Assembly (NCBI GenBank): GCA_000697335.1
Contig: JNEM01009059.1
Span: 1 to 44,597 of the forward strand
Direction of reading: 5' to 3'
Origin: Conidiobolus incongruus B7586
Lineage: Eukaryota
Length of the DNA: 44,597 nt
Made by a program: the position numbers and the translations under genes. Positions 13,774 through 25,707 of this stretch are shown here, one piece after another. The number at the start of each line of letters is the position of its first letter. Position 1 is the stretch's first letter. Below the pieces are notes generated by a model. That model made no database searches and was not told the DNA's origin. It saw nothing but the letters and a program-made list of their open reading frames with translations.

Positions 13774-15641
13774 TATCCTTGTTTTTTAATACTCGATTTA
13801 ATAACCAGAGATTTGTTGATTTTTCCTAATTCTAAATATTACAACATCTCACTTAATAATATAAGAATTAACGCATGCCAAAGATAATATCGATTCAATT
13901 TACAATTCTTATAAGTAAATCTTTAATTGATAATTACTCATTAAACAATTATACATCATTGTGTGAATATTTATAATTCATTTAGTTAACAAATATATTG
14001 TAGTATATTAACACTTTTATAAATGAATATTAAAATTTGGATTATTCGTTATAGCATATTTCATATTTTCATTGGAATATATTACCAAATATGTTAATTT
14101 TTCAAGTTTTCATTATTTTGAAATTTCACCTCCAATAAATGTTGCAAGTATGTTAAAATATGAAATTCAGTGTTTACTGCTAAATTATAAAATATGTAAT
14201 ATTTTCAAACTGCTCGTGGGATATAGTTCGTTATATTTCAAAATTTAATTTTTATCATCGAATTTCTAGGTATCTATAATGCGTAGAAAACCTAATGAAA
14301 TCATACATATTAGCACACAATTTATTGAATAATCAGAGATATTTACTTTGTATTTAATATTATAAAATACAACAATATAATAAACATAATGATTCAATTT
14401 TAAATCTTTTAATATACAAATGTTTTATCAATTTTTGAAAAATATTTTAAATTTGATTAATGAATTTGAAATTAAACATTAAGCGTATTTATTCAATATT
14501 CATAATAGGTATTACTAATTTAACAGATAAAAGATATCGGTTTGATAACCTTAATATTTTCAGAAATGAACATGGTTTCATTTGCGATGAGTGATTTGAT
14601 TTATAAAAGAAGCTTGAATATTTCCATTATATATCATATATGGATATTAAAAATCTATATCAAATGTTTTTAATTATAATTATTACTTATATGAATGGGA
14701 TTTGGAAATTATAATATATTTTTTTTACTTTTATTTATTCACCATTCAAATCATTTTCAAAGTTTTTATATTTTATTTTTTTAGTTAAAATAACTAATAA
14801 TATATTATTAATTTAATTTGATATTATAGTTATGTAGATTCTAATTATTTTTATTTATAATTAACAGATAATATTAGTAACACAATCCTGGTTTTTCATT
14901 AGTTTAATAGCACAAGATGAATTTTGAATCTTATCAGTATTATTCTTGTCAAATAATTTGCAATATTCACGATCAAAGATATTATAAAAATAATATTGAA
15001 ACATTCAAAGCATGATAGAAATAGTTTCTTGAATGATAATAAACACTTGTACAAAAAAATTCAAATATCAGAAAACTATGGTATATAAATTGAGAGTTTT
15101 TCAATCATTTATAACGGATAAGCTCATGTTAATTAATAAATCGAATCTCAATAATTATCTTTATAAAAAATTCATAAATTTATCAGCAATGAATAACGAT
15201 TATCTAATAGACCATTTAGAGGTAAGGTCAATAATTTAAAGTCCAACTATTACAAAACTAAAGTTTGGTTAGTAATAAACATGTATATTCTACTATGTTA
15301 ACATCAACCAAATACTTTACTAACTGATTATTTTGAAATATATTATAATATTGCCTCTCACTTAATGTATAAATTGTAAAATTGAAGGATACAATGCTTT
15401 GGAAGACTACTCAAAAATACATATAATTCATAATGTCCTAAAAGTTAGTTTGAGTAAAAATACTTCATAAATTGGTGTACAAATCTCAATTTAATTACTT
15501 ATTAAATATGTATATAATAATTAACTGCCTTGCATTTCATATTTATAATTTCAAGGTGCAGATCAAATTAAATTAATATGAATTGAAAATTAAATAATAA
15601 ATCAATATTGGTTAATATATTGAATAAATAATTGATAATAA

Positions 15642-17111
15642 CTATTTCATTTTGTGAAGTGCAATGTCATTCTGAGCAATAGCATACACATAAGCAGCCA
15701 TAGTTGCAGAGCATTGTGCCAGTTGCTCAGGTTTCACGGCCTCCATACGATCAGCATCGGTATGATGGTACATAAAGTATCCATCAGGCATGGCTTCATC
15801 ATTAGTTCCCAAAGTAGCCTTGTAGTAAGTATTTTTCACAGGAAATACACTATTAAATCCAGCACAAGGAACTTTACCACTCTTGCATATTGGATCAATA
15901 TCAAGACCGCTATATCCTTTGACAACATTGTATCCAAATTTATGAGGCTTCAAATAGGTAGCAGCAATTTCTTTCAAGAAGGATTCCTGTTTGGCATTTC
16001 CTGTAAATCCAATACCATCAGAACGAGCGGAATTGAAGTCAGATTCCATGGCAAAAACAATTTTATCAAAAACATTTTGACGTCTTTTCGCAAATTCCAC
16101 TCCACCATGCCCTCCATTTTCTTCACTTGTCCAGAACACGGTTTGAATGGTGCGTTTGGGTTTAACTGGAAGCTTCGAAATTTGTCTAAGGGCTTCATAA
16201 GATGTGAAAGAACCACCACCATCATCCAAAGCTCCTACACCAATATCCCAACTGTCTATATGACCACCGAAAATGATATATTCTTCAGGGTATTCAGTTC
16301 CTTTGATTTCGGCTATCACATTTCTGGAAGTGTGGGTGTTATTATCAAATTTTACTTGAATATCCAAGTGAACTTTAGGAAATGGAGTTTGGTCACATTC
16401 AAGGACATCCACATTAAGCTTCTGACTTGCTCTTTTGTACATACGGTGAATGAGTGCAGCATCTTCAGGAGTAATAGCAACTGAAGGGATTTTACTTAAC
16501 GTACCCTGAGTTCCAACGTGTAAGTTACTTAATCCAAAAGATCCTACAGAACGGATCATGCTAGCAACCGCTCCATTGTCCTCCGCTCTCTTTGCACCGT
16601 TACCTCTGTAACTGGTACCATTTCCATAGCCGTTATAAGGGAAATTGTATAAGACGATTTTTCCCCTGACAGCATTCTTATCCTTTGCGAGGATTTGTTC
16701 CAATTCATAAAATCCGGATACTGGGACGACATCAGCAGTTATGCCACCTTTTGGAGTTGAAACTGAGTTACCCAAAGCATTCACCTTTAAATTCACTTCA
16801 CCTCGAGTTGTTGTAAACAATTTTAGAGATTCTTTCTCGCGACGCCAATAGTTCACTTTGACAGGTTCTGTATAGACATTAATGCCATCCTTTTTGATCA
16901 ATTTGACGAGCCAGTCAATGGAGTCTTCTAAGTTTTTAGATCCTACCAATCTATGGCCAAATGCATCAGTCATCTCAGCCAAACGATCCCACACAATTGT
17001 GGTATTCAATGTATTATTAATCAGGTCTTTTAAACTTTTATCGGATTCATTGCTCAGTTTACCTGAGACAAAAGCCCCTAAAGTGAGTAAAATAAGAGAT
17101 TTGCAATTCAT
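15642..17111 (-). CDS. CPQ: Carboxypeptidase Q-like M28D metallopeptidase, copy 2 (intact, intronless)
   Basis: Open frame with signal-like MNCKSLILLTLGAFVSG, WDRLAEMTDAFGHRLVGS, GGHIDSWD, GALDDGGG, WTSEENG, MESD and YHHT. The ATG at 17111 was chosen because it aligns with the paralog starts; an upstream in-frame ATG exists at 17135. Confidence 0.95.
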   Translation of the reverse strand: MNCKSLILLTLGAFVSGKLSNESDKSLKDLINNTLNTTIVWDRLAEMTDAFGHRLVGSKNLEDSIDWLVKLIKKDGINVYTEPVKVNYWRREKESLKLFTTTRGEVNLKVNALGNSVSTPKGGITADVVPVSGFYELEQILAKDKNAVRGKIVLYNFPYNGYGNGTSYRGNGAKRAEDNGAVASMIRSVGSFGLSNLHVGTQGTLSKIPSVAITPEDAALIHRMYKRASQKLNVDVLECDQTPFPKVHLDIQVKFDNNTHTSRNVIAEIKGTEYPEEYIIFGGHIDSWDIGVGALDDGGGSFTSYEALRQISKLPVKPKRTIQTVFWTSEENGGHGGVEFAKRRQNVFDKIVFAMESDFNSARSDGIGFTGNAKQESFLKEIAATYLKPHKFGYNVVKGYSGLDIDPICKSGKVPCAGFNSVFPVKNTYYKATLGTNDEAMPDGYFMYHHTDADRMEAVKPEQLAQCSATMAAYVYAIAQNDIALHKMK

Positions 17112-17522
17112 TATTCTGAATCCAAAAATTACCATTAAAATTTTGGAATACTGACTAAATTTATAGTTTTTTTAATATAGTAACCATAAGGACTAAATTA
17201 AAACTTCATTTATATCATATGATCGTTTGCATTTAGACCCACCCCTCATATTGCTATGAAATCGTCATTTGGTTCTATTAAGTCAATATAACAAATGAAT
17301 TATAATCAATGCTTTAATGGCTGCAAATAATGTTCTGTTTTCAATCATCAACATTTTAGATTTAGTTAAATTTGAAATTTAATAAAAAATTATTGAATTA
17401 GAATTGATTTTGAAAAAAATTGGTATAATATGAGAAAAGTGTCTTAAATTTTGATTAATTTTCATTTATAAATAATACTCAAATAGCAATTATATTGATA
17501 CAGTTTTGAGCTAGATAGCTGA

Positions 17523-17546
17523 ATATATATATATATATATATATAT
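17523..17546. repeat. (AT)n microsatellite
   Basis: Uninterrupted AT dinucleotide run. Similar runs occur at ~2183-2202, ~8378-8394, ~25338-25355 and ~36418-36441. Confidence 0.8.
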
Positions 17547-19404
17547 GACTATCAAGCAGAAATATTCAAAGTTTTGTAAATTACTTTATTATTTTACTAA
17601 CAAATCATTAAAACTGCATTAATAAATGAACTGTGGATTGATACCAAAATTTACAAAACATAATATTCATAGACTGAATCTTTGAACGCCAATCTAGTAT
17701 CATTATAAAAAATAAAATAATTTTTTACTAAATTCTTCATTGTGAGAATATTACTAAAAAAGCATATCACTGACAATGTTATCATAATCTATATTGATTT
17801 ATATTATAAATTAAAAGATAAATTACACTGTTAGTAATAATTTTATTCTTTTAAATATCAAAATTAACTTACATTTGAAATATAAGCTGAGAATGAGATA
17901 AATATCTAATAAATATTATGTGCAATGCTATTTTAGGAATCAGAAATATACAGCTTATTGATTAGGAATATAAATAATTATATATACATACATAACCAAA
18001 TATTTTTTAATTCAATAGTGAGCTAAAAATAATAAAAAGTAGGATAAATTTTAATGTCTGTTTAGCATAAAAATTGAATTGATAAAAGAAAAAAGAAAAT
18101 AGAAATAATCATTACTTTATACCAAATAAGTTAAAAATTTTTTCTGTTATCCTGATATATTATTGATTATTGTAATCATTAGATCATTCAATGTATATTT
18201 AAATTGTCTATATATTTTATACAGAGATGACTTATGAATATAAAATTATAAAGAATGTCTTGCGATAGTATTTATAATTCTATATAATTTTCCATAATTA
18301 GAATATAAATCAAATTCATATCATCATATGACTGTAATAAGTGTCATTTGAAGAAAAAAATTAGTTAAAAAACGACAAATATTAATCGAGTATGTATTAT
18401 ATAAGAAATATATTCAAATGGGCAAACAATCTTATATATTTACTATATTAACATATTCAAGAAAAGAATTTTATGGGTTAAAATTAGTAAAATAATTTAA
18501 AATTAATTAATATAATATGTGAAAAATGCATATTTTGAAACATTTTTAAGAGTAAAATTAATAGATACTGAAAAATATTGAGGTGAAATGATTTTTGATT
18601 TGAATTCATCAATTGGCTAACTAGAGGAAATATAATCCTGAATAATTAGGATAGTCATAATAAGGAATATATAAATCATCTTAAATATCTATTCATAGAA
18701 CATGTTCGGTATATAAATGACATCGTTATATATACTGATTTTTGAGATGATATAGAATTTCTAATAATTAAATGATAGACTGGGTTGCAAGTTGAACCTT
18801 TGGTAATTTGATTTTAACTAATTTAAGTATATAAATACTTTATTACCGAGTTTAATAATATCAATTTGAAAAATATATCATTTTATTAATGGTAGGAGTA
18901 TTAAGCTTTGGATTTATTCAAAATACATCAAATATCTAAGTACAAAGTAGTATAGCTTTATTAATCTTCAATTTATACTATGCAGATAATTAGAAATAAT
19001 ATTTTTTTATTGTGTTATTATGGAACTATATAATATATTGCAACATTAAATTTGGAATAATCTATGAAAGTGCTTTTGAGAACTTATTCCAACTAAAGAA
19101 TTTTTTTTTGAAAAATAAAATATTATATACAAAATTACTAGTATTATTAATATTCAACTTTTGATTATAACTTAATTTTGTTATCATTTTATAAAATTCA
19201 AATAATTAATCTAGTTCCAAAAGGAATTGAAAAAATATTATATATTTATCCTATTCTGATATTTCAATTTTATATCAAATGTATTTAAAAGTACTTAAAA
19301 AAGAAAAGATAATATTTTATTAATTTTATAAGCTATTGTTTTATTTTAAATTTAATCATTTATTTCATTTTGATAGTTAAACCAATATTATTTTTATTTT
19401 AAAC

Positions 19405-19700
19405 TGGCTTTGTCAGTCTATAATTGAAGGACACTCTTTGTTCACTTTGTTTTCTTTATTAGATTATATCCAAATCCCATATCATTCATTTAAGCAACTA
19501 TTTAAACCCAAAACTGATAAAGATAGAAGAATATTTTTTTTCTTTTGGATATTCTGCTACAACACCTCAACAGTAAGTTTCAAACCTAGAGTCCCAATAT
19601 GTTAAAGAGCAGGATTAATAAATAATTTACTAAATCATATTTTGAGTACCTTTCTAACTACAACCTATATTTATAAAACTTAATATAAAAACACAACACT
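19405..19700. repeat. Dispersed repeat B, copy 1 (~300 bp)
   Basis: Shares 'cccaatatgttaaagagcaggat.aa.aaataatttactaaatc', 'tatccaaatcc', 'atttaaaccca' and 'tggatattct.ctacaa' in the same order with ~41475-41760. Confidence 0.75.
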
Positions 19701-20634
19701 ATCACTCTTATTGTCTGATAATTAGTAATTTGTATTTATAAAATATTGGGTTAATTAATAATATAATATATTCCTTTCCGTGCTAGAATGTTTTTCAATT
19801 TTGCTGAATAATTGTATATATTAAACATAGGGATTTGCTTTTATGAAATTTGATAATTTTAATTATCAGTTCAACATTTCAAATAAATCATTTTATAAAT
19901 GTGTATTTAAATTTATTCAAATTCTGAAAATAATGGAAGAATATTAGCTTTATTATTCAAATATTAAACTATCGACTGTGTAGAATAATTAATTAGAATA
20001 TACTATATCATTTTATTAAGTCTTATATGAGGGGAAAATTAGTTGAAATCTATTTAAATTATAATATTAAGAGGATATCATCTATATCGATGAGTTATTT
20101 TTAATAAATTACGATAAATAATATGCATTATTTACTATACTTTTCTAGGATTTTATTGATATTAAGAATTTCAAGTTGATAATAATATTTTGTTTAAATA
20201 TCATCATTGCTTAAATAGTCAAAGATATTTATAGTATTTGTATGTTGGACAATATTGTAACATTTGAACTTTGTGAATAATATTCAAATATTTAATCTAA
20301 ATATTATATATTGATAATCATAAGACATTTAACTGATATTGGATATATTTGCTAAAAGAAAAGACAAAATAATCAATTTTAGATTTATTAAAATATTCTA
20401 GCTTATAGGATGTAATAATCATATTTAGAAATTTGAGAATAGTAACACAAAAGTCACACAAGTTGAAAGATTTAATAAATTAAGTAGGATTTAAATTTAG
20501 TGATCTAGTCACATGAAATCCTTCATTAATACCTTAGTATCACAAATTATTAGAGAAATGGACTGGGTTAATATTTAAAAAGATTTCATCCATTATAACT
20601 AATACAAAATATCAAACAACTTCAGTTGGCAACT

Positions 20635-22106
20635 ATGATATTCAATTCATCAATAATTTTTCTATTTTATCATTTCTTGTCAGTGGAAAACTATCTACAG
20701 AAAATGACAAGAGTTTAAAAACACTGATTACAAACTCCTTAAACACTATCATCGTACAGGATGGATTAGCTGAGATGACTGATGCCTATGGACATATATT
20801 ACTAGGTTCTAAAAATTTGGAGGACTCTATAGATTGGCTGATCAAATTGATCAAGAACGATGGTATCAACGTTTACACGGAACCTGTCAAGATGAACTAC
20901 TGGCGCAGGGAGAAATAATCCTTAAAGCTTTTTACGAAGAGTCGTGGTGAGGTAGATTCAAAGGTCAATGCTTTGGGCAATTCCGTATCTACTCCTAAAG
21001 TTGGTATCTCGGCTGAAGTAGCACCAGTGTCGGGATTTTATGAATTGGAACAACTCCTTGGTAAAGATAAAAATGCAATTAGAGGAGAGATTTTACTCTG
21101 CAACTTTCCTTTCACAGGATATAGAAATGGTACTGGATACCGCAACAAAAGAGCTAAATTAGCAGATGATAACGGAGCTGCTGCAAGTATGGTACGCTCT
21201 GTAGCTCCTTTAGGTTTGATTAACGTACACGTCGGTAACCAAAATGTATTGAATAAAATCCCATCTGTTGCAATTACTCTCGAGGATGCAGCATTGATTC
21301 AACGTATGTATGACAGAGCCACCAAGGAACTTGGAGTTGACATTTTAGACAAGTCTCAGATTCAGCTCCCTAAAGTACATTTGGATGTTCAAATTAAATT
21401 CGACAATAACACTCACGCCTCAAGAAATGTGATTGCAGAAATCAAAGGCTGTGAATACTCTGATGAGTACGTGATCTTTGGAGGGCACATCGACAGTTGG
21501 GATCTCGGAGTTGGTGCCTTAGACGACGGTGGTGGTTCTTTCACTACTTACGAAGCTCTCAGGCAAATTTCAAAGCTTCGCGTTAAGCCCAAGCGCACCA
21601 TTCAAACAGTCTTCTGGACTAGTGAAGAAAATGGTGGCACTGGAGGTATTTCATTCGCTAAGAAGTGTGAAAAAATGTTTGATAAAATGGTATTTGTCAT
21701 GGAATCTGACGGTAACTCTGCTTGATCTGATGGCATTAGCTTCACCAGAAATTCTAAACAAGAAGCCTTCCTTAAAGAAATTGCTACCACCTACTTGAAA
21801 CCTTACGGGTTTGGGTACAATGTTGGCAAAGGTTACAGTAGTACCGATATTGATCCAATTTGTAAGGATGGCAAAGTGCCACGTGCTGCATTTATCAGTA
21901 ATTTCCCAGTTAAAAACACTTATTACAATGCTACTATGGGAGAGAATAATGAAGATATTCCAAGCGGTTATTTCTGGTATCATCATACCGATGCCGATCG
22001 CATGGAAGCTTTGAAGCCAGACCAATTAGCTCAGTGCTCCGCAACTATGGTTGCTTACGCGTTTGCCATTGCTCAGTATGATATTGCACTTCACAAGATG
22101 AAATAA
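20635..22106 (+). pseudogene. CPQ: Carboxypeptidase Q-like pseudogene, copy 3
   Basis: Collinear with copy 2 over its full length (SGKLSTENDKSLK...DIALHKMK*). The ATG at 20635 is out of frame with the body, implying a frameshift in the signal peptide region. In-frame TAA at 20916-20918 (Glu in copy 2) and TGA at 21723-21725 (Arg in copy 2). The conserved WDR is changed to QDG. The ORF-track entries 20973-21725 and 21795-22106 are pieces of this single frame. Confidence 0.92.
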
Positions 22107-23042
22107 CTTCTATTCTATTTAAATATATTATTTATTAGTATTTAAATGTAGATAACATATTTTATACATATTTGAATAATTCATTGCTTATATCAGAAAA
22201 TTATTTTTTGAATTATTGATTTTAACTAGTTAATTAATAAGAACTTTGAACTTTTTAGGGATATTATATAATATTTAATAATCAAAATGATTAAATATAT
22301 AGTTGGTTGTATCCACTTTTAGATAGGGGTTTATTTGACAGTATTTAAAATGTTTACCGATAGATTTAACTAATTGTGTTTTGTAATTATATATAACTAA
22401 TTATATATTATTAAAAAAAATAAATTCAATTGTTCTTTCATTTTAAAATATCAAATCGAACTGCATATTCTGACTAAAAATAAATAATTTTGTATATTAT
22501 ATTTCTTTTGAACTGAATGAAAAAAATAACCCACAATTTGTGTTTATATGACTCATTATAAGCTATCTTCAAAAATTATCTATATAAAAACTAATCTTCA
22601 GAATATATATATATTATTATTTATATTTTTAAAAAAAATCCATAATATTTTTTATAAATAATGTAGAGGATGGATAGGCATTAATCAATATTTTTCAATA
22701 CTTATAGTATTTCAATTTTGTTACTCGTTATGAAGCATTTAATATCATGGATTAATATATTAATAGAATTTTGATAAGAATTATATTATTTTGGATAAAG
22801 TTGTGTATGTTTCAATAATATCAATATTATATATATACTTTGATGGAGTATAAGATAATAGTTAGTAAGTCAATAATAATATATTAGAAAAGTAGCTTAT
22901 AATAGATTAAATATATATTGATTTATCTCTACATTAATTATTAACAGGGAATTTTTTATTTTATGTTTTTTAGATAATCTGGTAAAATGATTTTCAAATT
23001 TTATTTTTTTGCATATTTGGCAAAAATATGTTATTACTCTGA

Positions 23043-24285
23043 ATTTTAAATAATGAGAATTTTTTGAGATTAAAAATAAATAAATATTTTTAATAAGTTA
23101 TAAAGTTCAATATATAATATAAAATCTAGCTTTTCTTTTATTATTAATAGATATTTCTTATATATTTAACAAACTCTTAATAATTAAAAATATGATTTTT
23201 TTATTAAAAATTGTAATATATTGCTTTTATATAACAATTAAGTTTTATTATATAATTTTTTTAATAAGTTGATATTTTAACTACTTAAAGTATTTTTGAT
23301 TATATAAAATATAATCCAATGAATATACTAGATATGGTAGCTTTTTTTAATTATTTTTAATTAGAATCTTTTAAAAAACTAACTTTATGTATTTTGCAAC
23401 TAATATATAAAATAATAGGTTTTTTAAACTATGGTCAAAATACCACAGAAAAATAATTTTATTTACAAAATAATATTAACTTTGATATTAATAATTTTTC
23501 CCTCAAATAATATATAAGGATAGCATATACTATTATAATCTATAATAATAGTTTATATCTATCTATAAATAAAAAATATATTTATTAGAGTTTATAAAAA
23601 ACATTATTTTAACTTAACCTAGTATTTTGATTTATGCTCTAATCAAGAATTATATAACAAAATTCATAAATTATTAATTATAATAATTCACTATAAAAAT
23701 GTTTATTTAATTATTGCTACTTTAGTTTTTTGAGCTTTAGTTAAATAATAAAATATTTATTTTATATTATTATTAATTGATTTAAGCTTTAAATCTATAT
23801 ATATATAGTATATTTATATAATTAAAATTAAAATATTTTGATAATTTTTTAATTAAAGCAATAGGGTATCTTGTAATATATCTTTTTACTATATTAATAA
23901 TTAAGGAAGTTATAAGTAAAATTAGTTTTTTAAATTTTAATAAGTTTTAAATAATTTTTTTAACTTTAGAGTAAATTACTTAATAATAAATAGTTGATTT
24001 AAATAAAGCATCTTTTTCAAAAGCTTTTTTAAATTTGAAAATATTTTAAAAAGTTTATACCTAAGTTTTATAAATGTCAAAATAAAAAACTTTACATGAT
24101 GATTGTTTAATTTGAGCATGATTATATTAAACAATAAATTTTTAAAAGTTAGTTTTTTAATAAAAATATATTATATATAGTTTAAAGTTATTTATTCTCC
24201 TATTGATTATATATATATATATATTCTTCTGAAACTAATAATATGTTTGAAAAATCCAAAAATTAAAATATTTCTCATTTTCTTC
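23043..24285 (+). repeat. Repeat family A, copy 2 (apparently complete, ~1.25 kb)
   Basis: The 5' end 'tttaaataatgagaatttttt' matches the reverse complement of ~28075-28100. Internal 'atagcatat..tattataatcta' and 'agctttagttaaa' match 27.3-27.6 kb in reverse. The 3' end matches 570-627. Confidence 0.75.
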
Positions 24286-24346
24286 AATTTTGAGGTAATA
24301 TAACTGATTGATAAAAAAATGAGAATTGATTATCAACTTTGTTAAT

Positions 24347-25150
24347 ATGGCTGTGACCTGATATTGGCTATATTTATGTTTTTTATCTCAATTTGTACAA
24401 GATAACTGGATAATGCTGATAAAAATTCAATGTTATTAGTACAGACGTATATTTAATACAACTATAGTGCAGGATGGATTAGCGGAAATGATAGAAAAGT
24501 CTAAATCAAGATTAGTTAAAGCTCAAGGTCTTTGGAACTTGATTGAATTGGTAATCAAGCTGCAAGAAAAACACCAAATAACTAGAAAAAGTTTCATAGT
24601 AGACTGCTAGTAACAAAAGAAAGCATCTTTAATTCTATCAAGTCAAGTAAAAGATTCTATATACACTAAAAAACAATTCATCGTAGCATTATAAATGGGT
24701 AAGAAAGTAACACATTTTATAAATTATATTGGGGACCAATTATTATTGGATTGAAACGGCAACAGCAAAAGAAATTGATTTCTTAGTAAACAACGCTTTA
24801 TCTTTACTTAATTAAATATTATAGTAATAATGCATACTTTTTGTATGGTATTAGCATAGAAAATATTGACTCAGTTGCTTATTTCGTCTAAAGCATTACA
24901 CTTTTTTGTTTTCGCACCTTACATTTAATTTATATATTTTCTCATGCTCCATTATCTTAGATGATAATTTTTGATGAATATAAGAACTTACCAATACATA
25001 AATTAACTGCTGAACTGAATATGTATTGAACAGCAATGAATTTTGGTATTGAAAGCTTTATCTAGAATTAAAAAGCTGAAATTTAAATAGAGATATATTT
25101 AAGAAATATCTGACTCTGAATTTGTTTATAAATTTATAATTTAAGTCATT
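24347..25150 (+). pseudogene. Highly eroded carboxypeptidase Q-like relic, copy 5 (5' half)
   Basis: 24452-24570 translates FNTTIVQDGLAEMIEKSKSRLVKAQGLWNLIELVIKL, against the paralog LNTTIVWDRLAEMTDAFGHRLVGSKNLEDSIDWLVKL. 'gctgataaaaatt' (~24415), 'agcaaaagaaattgatttctta' (~24765) and 'cttttttgttttcgcaccttacat' (~24901) are collinear with copy 4. The 3' boundary is approximate. Confidence 0.7.
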
Positions 25151-25707
25151 TTACAAAATGTTAAAATAAGGAAATGAATGATATTTCATGTAGATTTCTA
25201 TATAATAAATTCAGCATAATATTACCATAGAATCAAAGAAATAAGAAATTTTTTAATTTCTGATTTTTCAAACATATTATTAGTTTCAAATAAAAATAAA
25301 TATACAAAACAAATAGGAAAATAAATAGTTTTAAATTATATATATATATATATAATAACTTTTTTGATTAAAAAAATAACTTTTTAAAATTAGTTATTTA
25401 ATTTAATTATACTTAAACTAAATAGTAACCATCAAAAGTCTTTTATTTTAGTATTAGTAAAACTTAACTATAAACACTTTAAAATCATTTAAAATTTACA
25501 AGCAGTTTTTAGTAATGAAGTATTATTTAAATTAACAATTTATTATTGGGTAAATTATTTTAAAGCTAAAAAAGAAACTACTTAAAACTTGTTAAAATCT
25601 AGAAGATTAATTTTAACTATTATTATTTTAATTATTAATAAAGTAAAAAAAACATATTAAAAAATACTTTTTTATTTTAGCTAAGGGATTATCAAGATAC
25701 TTTAATA

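Noticed and set aside
15654..16484. 276-aa plus-strand ORF (and 16882-17154, 15974-16225)
   Set aside because: These are antisense or alternate-frame shadows of CPQ copy 2 with no recognisable motifs.
20916..21725. Stop-codon readthrough, A-to-I editing or a variant genetic code rescuing CPQ copy 3
   Set aside because: The stops align to Glu (TAA) and Arg (TGA), there is also a 5' frameshift, and neighbouring genes use TAA/TAG as normal stops. Simple pseudogenisation explains it.
21529..22025. Several short overlapping ORFs in CPQ copy 3 (likewise 9261-9449, 9936-10127, 31910-32101)
   Set aside because: They are off-frame or antisense by-products of GC-richer CPQ coding sequence.
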